A model generated the notes under the pieces. That model had not been told where the DNA came from. It searched no databases and was given only the letters and a program-made list of their open reading frames with translations. DNA of 64,000 bases from Antedon mediterranea (taxonomy: Eukaryota > Animalia > Echinodermata), in NCBI RefSeq assembly GCF_964355755.1, contig NC_092675.1, positions 5,823,812 through 5,887,811 on the forward strand, given 5' to 3'. Position 1 is the stretch's first letter, and each line of letters begins with the position of its first letter. A program made the position numbers and the translations under genes. Positions 12,034-25,469 of this stretch are shown here, in pieces.

Positions 12034-15000
12034 TACTTCTTTCTTTCTGTCATTTTTGTGCGTCGTGTTTCTCTAAAACTTGTAAACAGAACATATCGTA
12101 ACTTTGTCAACATATCGAAATTTACGTGAACTTGTGCACCTCCTATTTTTGAATGACGTCAGAGTTGCGCAACGTGACTTACGCGCGATTTTATGAATTT
12201 CAATGATTGATCATAGACTAAAAACCAAACATAATTTTGTTTTGACACTTTGTGAAAATTTAAGTCATATCAAGCGCAAACTTTCTATGGATTAAAAATA
12301 GCATGTTCCACAAGAAGTTACGCGCGCACGCGCGTTTAAAATTTTAGAAAGCGAAAAATCAACTTCTAATCAACTTTCTATGCGTTTCATGTCATTTTGA
12401 GCATGTCAAAAATTCCCACGCGCGCGAAAATTTTTACGCACGCGGTGCACACGTAGCGTTAAAAGCATATTTTTTTCGCGTGATTTATGTTTTTTCAGCC
12501 TTTTCTAGTAATGTTACCAAATTTTAAACAATTTCGACTTAAAATTACGTCATACGAGCACGTCGAATTAGATAATTTGCACGCGTTTTTGGTGAAAAAG
12601 TTCAAAAATTCGTCAAAATTATGCCTATTTTTAAACATTCATAGATTCTAAACTACATGGGGAACTTTTTTTTAATTACATATTCTGGAAGTTGATGAGT
12701 TGTAGATATCGGATCATACATTAATATGGCTAACCGGACATTGTGACGTCATCGTATGGCCACGCGAATATAAAATATAGGATTTTTGTCTCTTTCGTCA
12801 TAGCTCATCACATTTAATAGAGCGCATCTCCACTTATTCGTTGTCCATTTTCACCCCGATTTTAATATATTCTAGGTCAATCAACTATCTTTTGCATGAA
12901 TTTAAAATTTTTTAATTTTTTTAACGTCATCATGCCTAAAAATTTAAATTACTTTGGTCATTAATTTCATCTTTACAGTAAATTTTAATCTGTTATAGCT
13001 CGTAAGAATAAAATGTGATAATCACGATTAAAACGTTTTCAGGAAGCTATTGTATTGTAGATACAAAATCATGTGAAAATTGTGCCAATCGAATGTTGTG
13101 ACGTCATCATATGGCCAGTTATATAAAAAAAGTCGTATTTTCATCTTTTGCGTTATATTTCATTACATTTAAAAGAGCGGGCATCAATATTTCACGTATT
13201 CAAATTTCTTCTACACGTTAATATGTTGTTGCTGAGATAATTTCATTCTGAAATTTCTACTTTTGCATTTCATTTTGAAGCCGTCAAGATGTTAAAAATT
13301 ACAATAAAATACGGGTCCCGTAATTTCACCTATTTTACACTGTTTGTGATATGTATACAGATTGTACTGTGTATACTATGTATATGACACAAAATAACAG
13401 AATTCAGAAATAACATTTCATATTCTTCAGTTCAGGTCATAATGCCTTAATATTTTTCTGTGTGCAATATTCTAACGTATGACGTGCACGTGGCGTTTGT
13501 CGAGCGGATAACTAACTCGTCAAAGTGACGAGTTTCATGTCTAGTTAGTTATCCGCTTAGTAGCGGATAACTCCTTGTAATCGTCCTGTTTCATCAAATT
13601 TTTTTTCTGTATTATACTTCTTTCTTTCTGTCATTTTTGTGCGTCGCGTTTCTCTAAAACGTGTAGACAGAACATATCGTAACTTTGTCAACATATCGAC
13701 ATTTATGTGAACTTGTGCACCTCCTATTTTTGAATGACGTCAGAGTTGCGCAACGTGACTTACGTGCGATTTTATGAATTTCAATGATTGATCATAGACT
13801 AAAAACCAAACATAATTTTGTTTTGAAACTTTGTGAAAATTTAAGTCATATCAAGCGCAAACTTTCTATGGATTAAAAATAGCATGTTTCACAAAAAGTT
13901 ACGCGCGCACGCGCGTTTAAAATTTTAACGTGCGAAATATAAACTTCTAATCAACTTTCTATGCGTTTCATGTCATTTTGAGCATGTCAAAAATTCCCAC
14001 GCGCGCGAACAATTTTACGCACGCGGTGCACACGTAGCGTTAAAAACATATTTTTTTCGCGTGATTTATGTTTTTTCAGCCTTTTCTAGTAATGTTACCA
14101 AATTTTAAACAATTTCGACTTAAAATTACGTCATACGAGCACGTCGATTTAGATAATTTGCACGCGTATTTGGTGAAAAAGTTCAAAAATTCGTCAAAAT
14201 TATGCCTATTTTTAAACAGTCATAGATTCTAAACTACATGGAGAACTTTTTTTTAATTACATATTCTGGAAGTTAATGAGTTGTAGATTTTGAATCATGC
14301 ATTAATATGGCTAACCGGACATTGTGACGTCACCGTATGCCCACGCGAATATAAAATATAGGATTTTTGTATCTTTCATCATAGCGCATGACATTTAATA
14401 GAGCGCATCTCCAATTATCTGTTTTCCATTTTTACCCCGATTTTTATATTATCTAGGTCAATCAACTATCTTTCGTATGAGTTAAAAATATTTTAATATT
14501 TATGACGTCATCATGTCTAAAAATGTAAATAACGTGGGTCACTTATTTTCGTCCTTACAGTAAATTTCAATCTGTTATAGCTCGTCAGAATAAAACGTGA
14601 TAATCATGATTAAAACGTTTTCTGGAAGCTATTGGATTGTAGATACGAATTTATGTAAACATTTTCCCAATCGGATCTTGTGACGTCATCATATGGCCAG
14701 TTGAATAAAAAAAGTCGTATTTTCATATTTTTCGTCATAGTTCATTATATTCAAAAGAGCGCGCATCAATATTAAACGTATTCAAATTTCTTCTACACGT
14801 TAATATGTTGTTGCTGAGATAATTTCCTTCCGAAATTGCTATCTTAGTGTTTCATCTTGATACCGTCGCCATGTTACAAATTTGAATAAATGGCAGGTCC
14901 CGTAATTTCACCTCTTCTACACTGTATGTAACATGTATACAGATTATACTGTTTTCATGTATATACTATATGACACAAAATTGACAGAATTCAGCACTAA

Positions 15001-16686
15001 CAACATATCATATTCTTCAGATCAGGTCATAATGCCATAATTTTTTTCTGTGTGCAATATTCTAACGTATGACGTGCACGTGGCGTTTGTCGTGCGGATA
15101 ACTAACTCGTCAAAGTGACGAGTTACATGTCTAGTTCTTCTTTCCTTCCTTCCTTTTTGTGAGTCGCGTTTCTCTAAAATGTGTAAACATAACATTTCAT
15201 AACTTTGACAACATATGGGCATTTACGTGAAGTTGTGCACCTCCTATTTTTGAATGACGTCATAGTTGCGCAACGTGACTTACGCGCAATTTTATGAATT
15301 TCAATGATTGATCATAGATTAAAAACCAAAAGTCATTTAGTATTGACACTTTGACAAAATTTAAGTCATATCAGGGGCAAACTTTCTACGGATTAAAAAT
15401 GGCATGTTTCACAAGAAGTTACGCGCGCACGCGCATTTAAAATTTCAAAATGCGCAAAATTAATTTCTAATCAACTTTTTACGCGTTTCATGTCATTTTG
15501 AGCATGTCAAAAATTCCCACGGGCGCGCGATTTTTTACGCACGCGGTGCGCACGTAGCGATAAAAACATATTTTTTTCTCTTGAATTATATTTTTCAAGC
15601 CTTTCCTAGTAATTTTGAAAACAATTTAGAACTTTTCCAGTTTAAATAACGCCATACGAACACGTTGAATTAGACAATTTGTGCGCGTTTTTTATGAAAA
15701 AGCTTAAAAAATCATCAAAATAATGTCTTTTTTTAAACAGTCATAGTTTCTAAAGTAAACCGTGAACCGTTTATTTTTATTACAAAATCTAGAAGTTGAT
15801 GAGTTGCAGATATCGGATCATGCATCGATAAGGCTAAAAAAACATTGTGACGTAATCGTATGGCCACACGAATGTAAAATATAGGATTTTTGTCTGTTTC
15901 GTTATTGCTCATCACATTCAATGGAGCGCATCACGCTTATCTGTATTCCTTTTTCTCCTATATTTATATATTGTCTAGGTTAATCAACTTTCTTTAGCAT
16001 GAGATAAAAATATTTTAATTTTTATAACGTCATCATGCCTAAAAATTTTAATTACGTGGGTCATTAATTTCATCTTTACAGTAAATTTTAATCTGTAATA
16101 GCTCGTAAGAATAAAATGTGATAATCACGATTAAAACGTTTTCTGGAAGCTATAGGATTGTAGATACGAATTCATGTAAACATTTTGCCAATCGGATGTT
16201 GTGACGTCATCATATTGCCAGTTGAATAAAAAAAGTCGTATTTTCATATTTTGCGTAATAGTTCATCACATTTAAATGTGCGCGCACCAACATTTTACGT
16301 ATTCAAATTTCTTCTACACGTTAATATGTTGTTGCTAAGATAATTTTCTTCAGAAATTGCTATCGTTGTGTTGTTTTTTTTAAGACGTCATCATGTTAAA
16401 TATTTGAATTAAAGGCAGGTCCCATAATTCAGTTAATATGTCATATAATAATACAGTAGTACAATGTACACCAGCATAGTCTCTGATGTGAGCAAATTGT
16501 TGTTTGCCGCCCTCTGTATCATGTAGAATTAATGTCTCCTTTTATACACAGTGTACTGTATAATTATAATAGGCTACAAGGCGAAAATACAGGACCACCT
16601 CTTATTATAGTTTTTAACGTATGACGTGCACGTGGCATCTGTCGTGCGGATAACTAACTCGTCAAAGTGACGAGTTTCATGTCTAG
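12034..16686 (+). mobile_element. Three tandem/nested non-autonomous Helentron-like units, subfamily 2 (~1.5-1.6 kb each, with an internal duplication)
   Basis: Units end GCGGATAACTAACTCGTCAAAGTGACGAGTTwCATGTCTAG at 13544, 15134, 16686. Head TAGTTATCCGC-ttagta-GCGGATAACT at ~13546. Body homologous to subfamily 1 with an extra diverged copy of the TGTGACGTCA..AGAGCGC segment. Confidence 0.85.
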
Positions 16687-17436
16687 TTTTATTTATTATT
16701 ATTTGTGATATAATATGACGAACGAATAAAAGCGGTAGTTTACACTACAAAATAGAGCAAAAACGATAATGGTTATGATTATAATTCAAAATACAATGTT
16801 ATTAACTTGCGAGTCAAGTCAAGTCAATGTCCTACCACAGACACATTAAATTGGTTGTTTAGTAGGCCTGTACTAAATGTACAAACAACAATTGTCAAAG
16901 GAAAAGTTTACAGAATGATCAGATCATAATCACGTTGCTATTTGACTTATATACCATATACCTTTTTATCAACAGTACGCTGTATAAACAATAATAACCT
17001 ATTATAATTGCTTAACATTATTGATGAACGGGTAAAGTACGGTATAACAAGTTTGACTTTGTATGAATAGAGAATTCGAATTGGTTACACCGTGTCGCCA
17101 AAGAGTAAATTACATTAATATCAATATCAAGGTAGGCTATGTGTACTTTTTAAAATATTATAAGTGTATTAACATTCCCAGAAATTTATAAGCACGTTTA
17201 AATAAATAATAATACCAGTAAATAATTAATGTCCTGACACAACAGGTATATTTACCCTACTTTACTCAATTCATTTTTAAAAGAAATTTATATCATCGTA
17301 AAGACTATGTATTAGGCCTGAACAGTATTTTCAGTGTAGTTTATAACGAACACTTTTTTTTTGCTTGTTGGTTGGAATATCCACTGTAATACATAATATT
17401 ACTTTTTTTAAGGATAATATGAGAACAGAAGCGACA

Positions 17437-18370
17437 ATGTATGGAACTAGATGTAAATTTACATACATACTTATCATTGTACTATTCTGCTGCCAGAACA
17501 GTTTATCTGTTAGATTTGCCTATCAACCAATGGACTATTCAGTAGTAGAAAAGGGAGAAGCATACGTGACCTGTCTTTTTAGAGATATCTCAGAAGAAAT
17601 GGAACGTAATTACGACGTCATCTGGACCAAAGGTTCTAATACATTATCAGCGAACCAAGTAATGGATTCGATATGGAACGTATTACTATTCACAATCAAT
17701 ATGACAATGCAAGACACTTTTTGAGGATTGATCCAGTCAAAAGAGAAGATGCAGGAGATTACAAATGTTATTTTAAATATAATGGCAATATCCTGCTCAC
17801 TTCAAGTATTGGGAAGCTTACTGTACGTGAAATACCATCAGATGAATATCCAATCGTAAGGTTTAAGAAGTCATCTTACAATATTGGAGAGGTTTTCGTT
17901 GTGTATTGCTTATGTGAAAAGATAACCCCTGAACCAGAGTTAAAATGGGACAAAAAATTACAATTTTCGAGTGTACGTGATAATTGGCCAATTACAGCAA
18001 ATGATACACATATCTGGATTGCAGAATCGGAAACAGCAACAACCCTTACAAATGGCTCTTATTACGTCTGTAGTTTAAAAGTACCAGATGAAATTGCTCC
18101 AAGATATAGTGAAAGCAAACTACTTCATGTCATAAATGATTTTAAGGAGTCAACTACCGTGGAATTACCAAAACAAAACGTGTTTTGTTGACAACAAATC
18201 GGCCTACAACAGTATCACAGATAGTTGATCGAGAATATGACAAACTTATAAAGCACATTATTGTTGTCCTTTCTGTTTTCTTTCTCATTTTTGTCTTACT
18301 TATCTTATTGTTATTATACCTATTTTTACTCATAAAGGCTAAGGCCAACAACGCCTCAACCATAGATTAG
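17437..18370 (+). pseudogene. IgSF family A copy A1 (signal peptide, V/I-type Ig, C2-type Ig, stalk, TM), two frameshifts
   Basis: Split over ORFs 17365-17724, 17673-18191 and 18185-18370. +2 insertion near 17638 relative to A3; second shift at ~18165-18190 before the TM segment. Confidence 0.85.
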
Positions 18371-20136
18371 AAGACATTATTTTTGTGACTTGAACCGGAT
18401 GGGACACATCATAATTTTATTTTTCACATGAAAAATGGCCAATTATATCAAACGATACACAGTACTACACTGGACATTCATGATGTCGTTGACCCGTAAG
18501 ATGAATGACATACTGGTGATGTCATTCGTTATATGTTGGATAGTTCCATTATTTATTATGAGTATTATATTATAATAAACTATGCTATGTAAAAACTTGT
18601 TGTACTCGGTTTATTCACATTTTTTGTTTCAAACTTTGTGTTTTTAAGAAAAAAAACACATTTTAAAAATGTTTTTTCTTTTATTTTCTAGAAAATAAAA
18701 CGTTTTAAAAAATTAAACAAATTATTAAATCTTATTTGTATTATTAGTAAAAACTGCGCGTTTAGGAAATTGTTCTGCATCCCAGCATTTTTTACAAATC
18801 TCTTCTGTTCTCCACCACTACTCTAAATATAGATAAGTGAATAAAAAAACATACTAACATCGGTCCGTAAGATGTTTATAATCTATTCATGAATTGTTTA
18901 ATAAGTGAAAGGAGTTGGTACCGCTTTTTTCGCCTTCGGCAGGCAATTTTCATAGCACCATCTATTGTTGATGTATTAGATGTATTATAAAACCTGATAT
19001 TTCATTTTGGGAGGTCTGCCAATAGTATAATTATAAAACATGTAAGTCTGAATGAGAAATATAAATGTGGTATCGTCTGCTAAGTAAATAACCTGTATTA
19101 ACACAACAAAATGGAATTGAATTCAATACATCTAATGAAATAAATCGTCACTTCTCCGTGTATTTCTCTATAAGGGTTATTCATTTTGTATCATCATTTG
19201 ACAATGATGTTTAATCATCCGCCGCATAATATTGAGGAGTGATTTCAAAGTAAGGTACCTTACACTATCAATCTTAAGTTACAAAAGTAAATAAATAAAA
19301 AAAAATACACAAACAATTACTGACCGACCGACCGATTAACCAACCGAATTTGCTGAAAAGGTTTTTCAATTGTACTCGCCTCCTATGTCAGAAAAATTAA
19401 GCATAAAGTGTATAGATAATCATTTTTATTCAGATTAAAATGACGAATTATAGCACTTTCCAAACAAAGCTTTTGTATATAACCTGCAAGATACTCCATA
19501 TTATTTTCTTTTAAGCAAAAATAAAATTGAGTTGATATTTAAGTAAAAGCAATTATTTAAATAAGATAACATTTATTCTAATAATAAAAAACACCAAGGC
19601 GAATTTGCTGTAATGGGCCAAGAGAAACACGTCAAAAAATAATATTTATATAAGAGTCAACTGATACATGGGTGACATCACCAGAAAAAATAAAATACTA
19701 TATTTCATGAGTTTCAGTATTTAGTTTTTATGAACGATTGGCATCAACTATTTATTAGAAAAAGAAACATTATGTCTTTTGATTTATTTATAAAACTCTT
19801 CAAATTATTGTTTCAGTATTCATTGCATTGCAGTGATGTGTCAAAAATTCAGTACGAGGAAGCCTATGACAGTCAATAGAGGAATAGGCTAAACCAACTA
19901 AGATGTTGTAATTAAGTTGCTTATTGAATGATGGAAATGAAAACGTAAAAGTTTAACAATTTTAAGATTATACGCATCAGCATTTAAAACAGGATTTGTC
20001 TCAGTAGCTACAGTTTTAAAAAATAATTAAACTTGAAATAACTAAAACGCATTAGAACAAAAATATTTGTACTTAAACTACCACGTTCACATATCAGTCA
20101 CGTCAATTTAACGTTAGCACACAAATTATGGATAAT

Positions 20137-21200
20137 TTACGGACTTGTACTTTTGTCAAAATATCTCAGACACTGCAAGATAGTAGTTATGATAAGATAA
20201 AGAAACATGATTGACTGAACTGATAGGAGAAGTATTGTAATAATAGAATTCACAAAAGTTTTAGATGTCTGCGGAGGCTGGGATTCATCAGACGTGAGAG
20301 TTTTCTCAGAAGCGTAAGGAACTTTAGTGCTGGTTTCTTCGAATTCCTCTATCTGCATGGTCTTCGTCGTTGATTTCAAAATATCTCCAACGTTCACTGT
20401 AGGCCTACACGTTATATTTTCTCCTTGCATTTCACAAGAAACACGTCTGATAAACGTGTTGGATAAATTAGCTTGTATTGCATCATTTGTTGAATTCCAT
20501 CGAAATTGTATTTCTGTTGCGTTAATGTTGACCACAATACGACGTTTTAAAACAATGGTACGGTAGATGTACACACATGTGGTACGTTATCGGTTGTCAT
20601 TGTGCATGTGTATTCAGTTCCCTCATCTCTATCCATTGCTATGAAAATAGCACTACTAATAACCTTGTTCTTATTTGTAGTATTACTAAAAACTGTGTGT
20701 TTAGGAAATTGTTCCGCATCCCAGTACAGTTTTAAAGATGGATATGGGTATGTTTCACAATTTAATGTGACATTGTCACTGACGAAGTACTTTGGTTTTG
20801 AAGGGCTACATTCCGGTTCTGAAGGAATTGGCAGCACTACTAGTTGCATCTTACCGGAATCAACAAGTAATCCATTGCCTTGATATATGCATTCGTACAC
20901 GCCACTGTCTGTTTCAATTAGGTGTGAAAGAACAACTTCTAGCCTCAATGTACTTCTTAACATTGACACTACAGATCTGTTAGTGTTAATTTCTACATAA
21001 TTTTTCTTCCATATTGTATTTTTGATGACCGTTTGTTCTTCAAATCCTTTATCAATATCAAAATCACAGTAAAATGTAAACTCTTTACCGGCAACAGCAT
21101 AACTAATACCACTTCCCGGATAGCACTGTAGAATGTCAGTTGAGCTAATAATGGACAAGAAAAGAAACAGATAAATGAGAACCTTTAACAAACGACTCAT
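20137..21200 (-). pseudogene. IgSF family B copy B1, frameshifted, with internal deletions
   Basis: ATG at 21200 (MSRLLK..). 5-bp insertion (cggta) near 20560 splits it into ORFs 20547-21350 and 20137-20574. Lacks 34 aa of the third domain. Confidence 0.85.
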
Positions 21201-22288
21201 ACTGAACGAATGGAAATGCGTCCCAGTGTAAAAATACGGCCGACTTATGTGATTCAGTACAATAACTAAACAGACTGTAGACCTACGTACTCTTGTAGTT
21301 TGACAAACTCTTGTTTCTCTTAATTCCATTATTTTCATTACTAGTTTCAATTTGTTTTAAATTTGTATACACCAATAAAATCCGCTATTTATTTGGAATA
21401 GAAACATTGTCTTTCCACTCATCAATCGATGAAACGCTTTGATCTAAATGCCTGATATAAATATTTATATTTAATTTACGATTTTACATATTTCATTACG
21501 CTAATTGATACTTTTAATTTCTCATTATATTTAGATTCGGCTTCTTTTTTTCACATTAATACGAAAAGATGGCAGATATTAGCTGTTAGCATTTGTCAGT
21601 ATTACTATGATTTCATTTAACAACTTCATACAAATGATCGATAGGAAACTAAACGTAAAGAACAATGACAACGTTAACCACATAAATGCCATTTTCAGGT
21701 AGGCCTACGCATTACAAAACGTCAGTAAATATGAACATGGGAACATTACCAATACATGGAAAATTAAGATGTATGTAAAATAAACTACAGTAAACATTAA
21801 CATTTTAATTAATTGGTTTTATTACAGTCGAGGATTTCAATTTTACATTTAACATTGTTTGGATTATTGGATCATTTTACCACATAAATAAATTATTCTT
21901 TGTTTTAATGGATTATTATATTTCTGACTTTCTCAATCTCTTTCAATTCAAGTTGTTTGTTTTAGTTTTTATTCGGTAAATAATTGCCTTAGCTTGAATT
22001 CTATCGCACTTTTTTTCCAAAGATATTCCAGATGTTTTTCTTTTAAGCAAAAATAAAATTGAGTTGATATTTAAGTAAAAGCAATTATTTAAATAAGCAA
22101 CTACAGTTTAAAAATATTAATAAACTTTAAATGACTAAAACGCATTAAAACAATAATATTTGCACTTAAACTACTACGTTCATATCAGTCACGTCAATGT
22201 AACGTTATTACACACTTTTCTATTACGCGGTTGATACATTTAAATACAAATTATGGATACTTTACGGACTTGTAATTTTGTCAAAATA

Positions 22289-23130
22289 TTACAGACACTG
22301 CAAGCTGGTAATTATGATAAGATAAAGAAACATGATTGACTGAACTGATAGGAGAGGTATTGTATTAATAGAATTCACAAAGGTTTTAGATGTCTGCGGA
22401 GGCTGGGATTCATCAGACGTGAGAGTTTTCTCAGAAGCGTAAGGAACTTTAGTGCTGGTTTCTTCGAATTCCTCTATCTGCGTCTTCGTCGTTGATTTCA
22501 AAATATCTCCAACGTTCACTGTAGGCCTACACGTTATATTTTCTCCTTGCATTTCACAAGAAACACGTCTGATAAACGTGTTGGATAAATTAGCTTGTAT
22601 TGCCTCGCAAAAAATTGCATCATTTGTTGAATTCCATCGAAATTGTATTTCTGTTGCGTTAATGTTGACCACAATACGACGTTTTAAAACAATGGTAGAT
22701 GTACACAAATGTGGTACGTTATCGGTTGTCATTGTGCATGTGTATTCAGTTCCCTCATCTCTATCCATTGCTATGAAAATAGCACTACTAATAGCCTTGT
22801 TCTTATTTGTAGTATTACTAAAAACTGTGTGTTTAGGAAATTGTTCTGCATCCCAGTACAGTTTTAAAGATGGATATTGGTATGTTTCACAATTTAATGT
22901 GACATTGTCACCGACTAAGTACTCTGGTTTTGAAAGGCTACATTCCGGTTCTGAAGGAATTGGCAGCACTACTAGTTGCATCTTACCGGAATCAACAAGT
23001 AATCCATGGCCTTCATATATACATTCGTACACGCCACTGTCTGTTTCAATTAGGTGTGAAAGAACAATTTCTAGCCTCAATGTACTTCTTAACATTGACA
23101 CTACAGATCTGTTAGTGTTAATTTCTACAT
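22289..23130 (-). pseudogene. IgSF family B copy B1', 5'-truncated
   Basis: Homology to B starts mid V-domain (YVEINTNR) at ~23130. No signal peptide or first Cys/Trp; early stop after LQCL. Confidence 0.85.
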
Positions 23131-23477
23131 AGATACATGTAAAGAGAAAGTGCACATAGTTTCTTCTTTAAACACAGCTACAGCAAGCCGGCATTAGCAT
23201 TTGGATCATTTGGGATATTTGATCGCAGCCTAAATTTTTAAAATGCACATTCAAAATCATTAGCTCAATATTATCTAACCAAATGTATCAGTAGTTAGGA
23301 ATAATTAATTACAGTATATGGCCTGATACGAACACACCATTAGCAACACGGACATAATAAATTATAAAATAATAAAATAAATACACACTAAGGGGTTGCA
23401 GTAAACAGTTTCAAAGTTTCTCCATGCAGGTATATGTTACACCACTGCACCTGATAAATTAGCTCCGTTATATAAAA

Positions 23478-23592
23478 AACAAGGCCATATATATGGCTGC
23501 AGTCGCGTGCTCAAGTTAGTATTTACCGACTAACCGAACAACCAACCGACCGAAATAGTGAGCTGTAGAGTCGCGCTGCACGCGACTAAAAA
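23478..23592 (-). mobile_element. DINE-1/HINE-like mini element
   Basis: AGTCGCG..CGCGACT stem-loop, (GTCG/GGTT)n microsatellite, CACGCGACT subTIR, GCCAT..ATGGC hairpin, ends in TTGTT. Absent at the paralogous sites ~42780 and ~49870. Confidence 0.7.
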
Positions 23593-25469
23593 CAAAAAAA
23601 GAAACAAAAAAAAGAAACAAAAAAAAGAAACTAGCTGTATCGGTGATTAGACCTATTGTTTTCATAATGTTCATTTTATTGACGCTATTTGTTAAATTAG
23701 CAGAAATGTAGTCTTATTGAAACCATTTTATATCAGTCAATTTCTTCATAATTAGGACGGTTTGTTGTCATAAACCCTATGTTTTAAAGAATTGTTTGGT
23801 TTTGTCTTTAGTATTATTCATTTAGGATTTACAGTATTGTCAGTGGTGATTACAATGATAGCTGATAGCTTTGATGAGAATGATGACGACAACGACGGTG
23901 GTGAAGAATGGGATTATGCATTATGCCGACGATAAAAATGGCAATGACGATATAGGCCCAACTCATGATGCAGAATACAATTACAACTTATTGATGCTCT
24001 AATTTTAAGGATATGTCGTGTCACAGACACATTAATATTGAATTAGTGAAACTGAATGTTGTGTACGAACACACTTGTCAAACAAAGGCAAAGTTGACAA
24101 ACAGATAAATTTCATAATGCCATTCGGCTTATCCATTATACCTTATCCTTAATCTTTTTTAAATCTGTACCTTGTCCTTTGACAAAAAAAGTAAACATTT
24201 TCCTATTATGATTTCTGTAACATGTTTGATAAGATAAATATAACATGTTTGTTGTCAGCGTTGACACTTTTTTTAATGACATGCATAAATGAAGTTATTA
24301 GGTGCCTCGGATCACATAAAACGGTTTTATTGAGAGAATCTCGAAGAAAGAAGTAATAATGTACAATAATGTCTTGTCTTGTTTTGTTTTCATTTTATAT
24401 TTAGTATCTATTATCAATAAAGTGGAATTGATTATAAATAAAGAGGAATTTACTAACAATACATCGAATGAAATATATCTTTGTTACTGATCTGTGTATT
24501 TTCTCTATAGACATGTTGTATTATTATTTTAAAATGAGCGAAATGCGTTTAAGTCACCCACACAATATTGAGGAGTAGTACCTTTAATATACAAGCAGTC
24601 ATAAAATACCCAATTAAATAAATTCTAAAAATACACAAAAAAGATACAAAAAAGAAACAATTCTTTTGGCAAGCCTTTTATTTCGTGGATACACACATAT
24701 AAATAAAAATGTTTGGCCACAAGTATATTAACATCGGATTATGGATGTAAAGTAACCTTAATATCAACATCCAATGAACAGCATACAGTATTGTACATAG
24801 GGCAAAGGGCATAGGCCAACAATAAAAATGTTAAGAAAATGTTAAGTCATTGTAGTCTGTTGACACTCGACAACACATTACAACCATGTATTGGAGTGTC
24901 AACAGAGACAGTACAGATTTTCAAATATTGATGTGTGATTAAATTTATTTATTTTTTCAGAAACTGTGACCATAAATGTTCACTTTATTGTTCAAGTACT
25001 TTTCTAAAATAGGCTACCACAGACACATGACGTAAATGGGTTGTTTGGTGGGCCTGTACTAAATGTACAAACAACAATTGTCAAAGGAAAAGTATACAGA
25101 ATGAAAAGATCATATAATCACGTTGCTATTTGCCTATATACTCATATATCTTTTTTATGATGTCTTTCTTTATGAACGGGTAAGGTGTAAAAAGTTGTAC
25201 TTAATACGAATAGAGCATTATAGTCGGTTACATCGTGTCGCCAACGATTAAATTAGAGTCATATAAATATCAAGGTACGATATGTGTAACTTTTACAATA
25301 AATATTATTGTATTCATATTCCCAGTATTATATAGCTCGTTTTTTAAAGATAAATAATGATACCAGTTAATAATGTCCTGACACAAAAAGTATGTTACTT
25401 TACTCTACTGGTTGATTGTAATTTCCACTGAAATACGTAATTTACTTGTTTTCAGGTTAGAAGCTGACA

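Larger units (their letters stand above)
19365..24799 (+). repeat. Segmental duplication, copy 1 (B1 + B1' + flanks)
   Basis: Near-identical and colinear with 30000-35520, including intergenic DNA; homology ends at GCATACAGTATTGTACATA. Confidence 0.92.

Noticed and set aside
6107-15921. Short ORFs inside the array units
   Set aside because: Not conserved in frame between units, cross unit boundaries or poly-T tracts, and show no domain motifs.
6061-16686. Regularly recurring ~42-bp palindromic motif resembling a CRISPR repeat
   Set aside because: The intervening 1.1-1.6 kb segments are homologous to each other rather than unique short spacers, no cas genes are present, and the context is eukaryotic.
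22452-23132. 226-aa plus-strand ORF and similar ORFs opposite B and A genes
   Set aside because: Antisense to Ig coding frames and broken at different places in paralogues.
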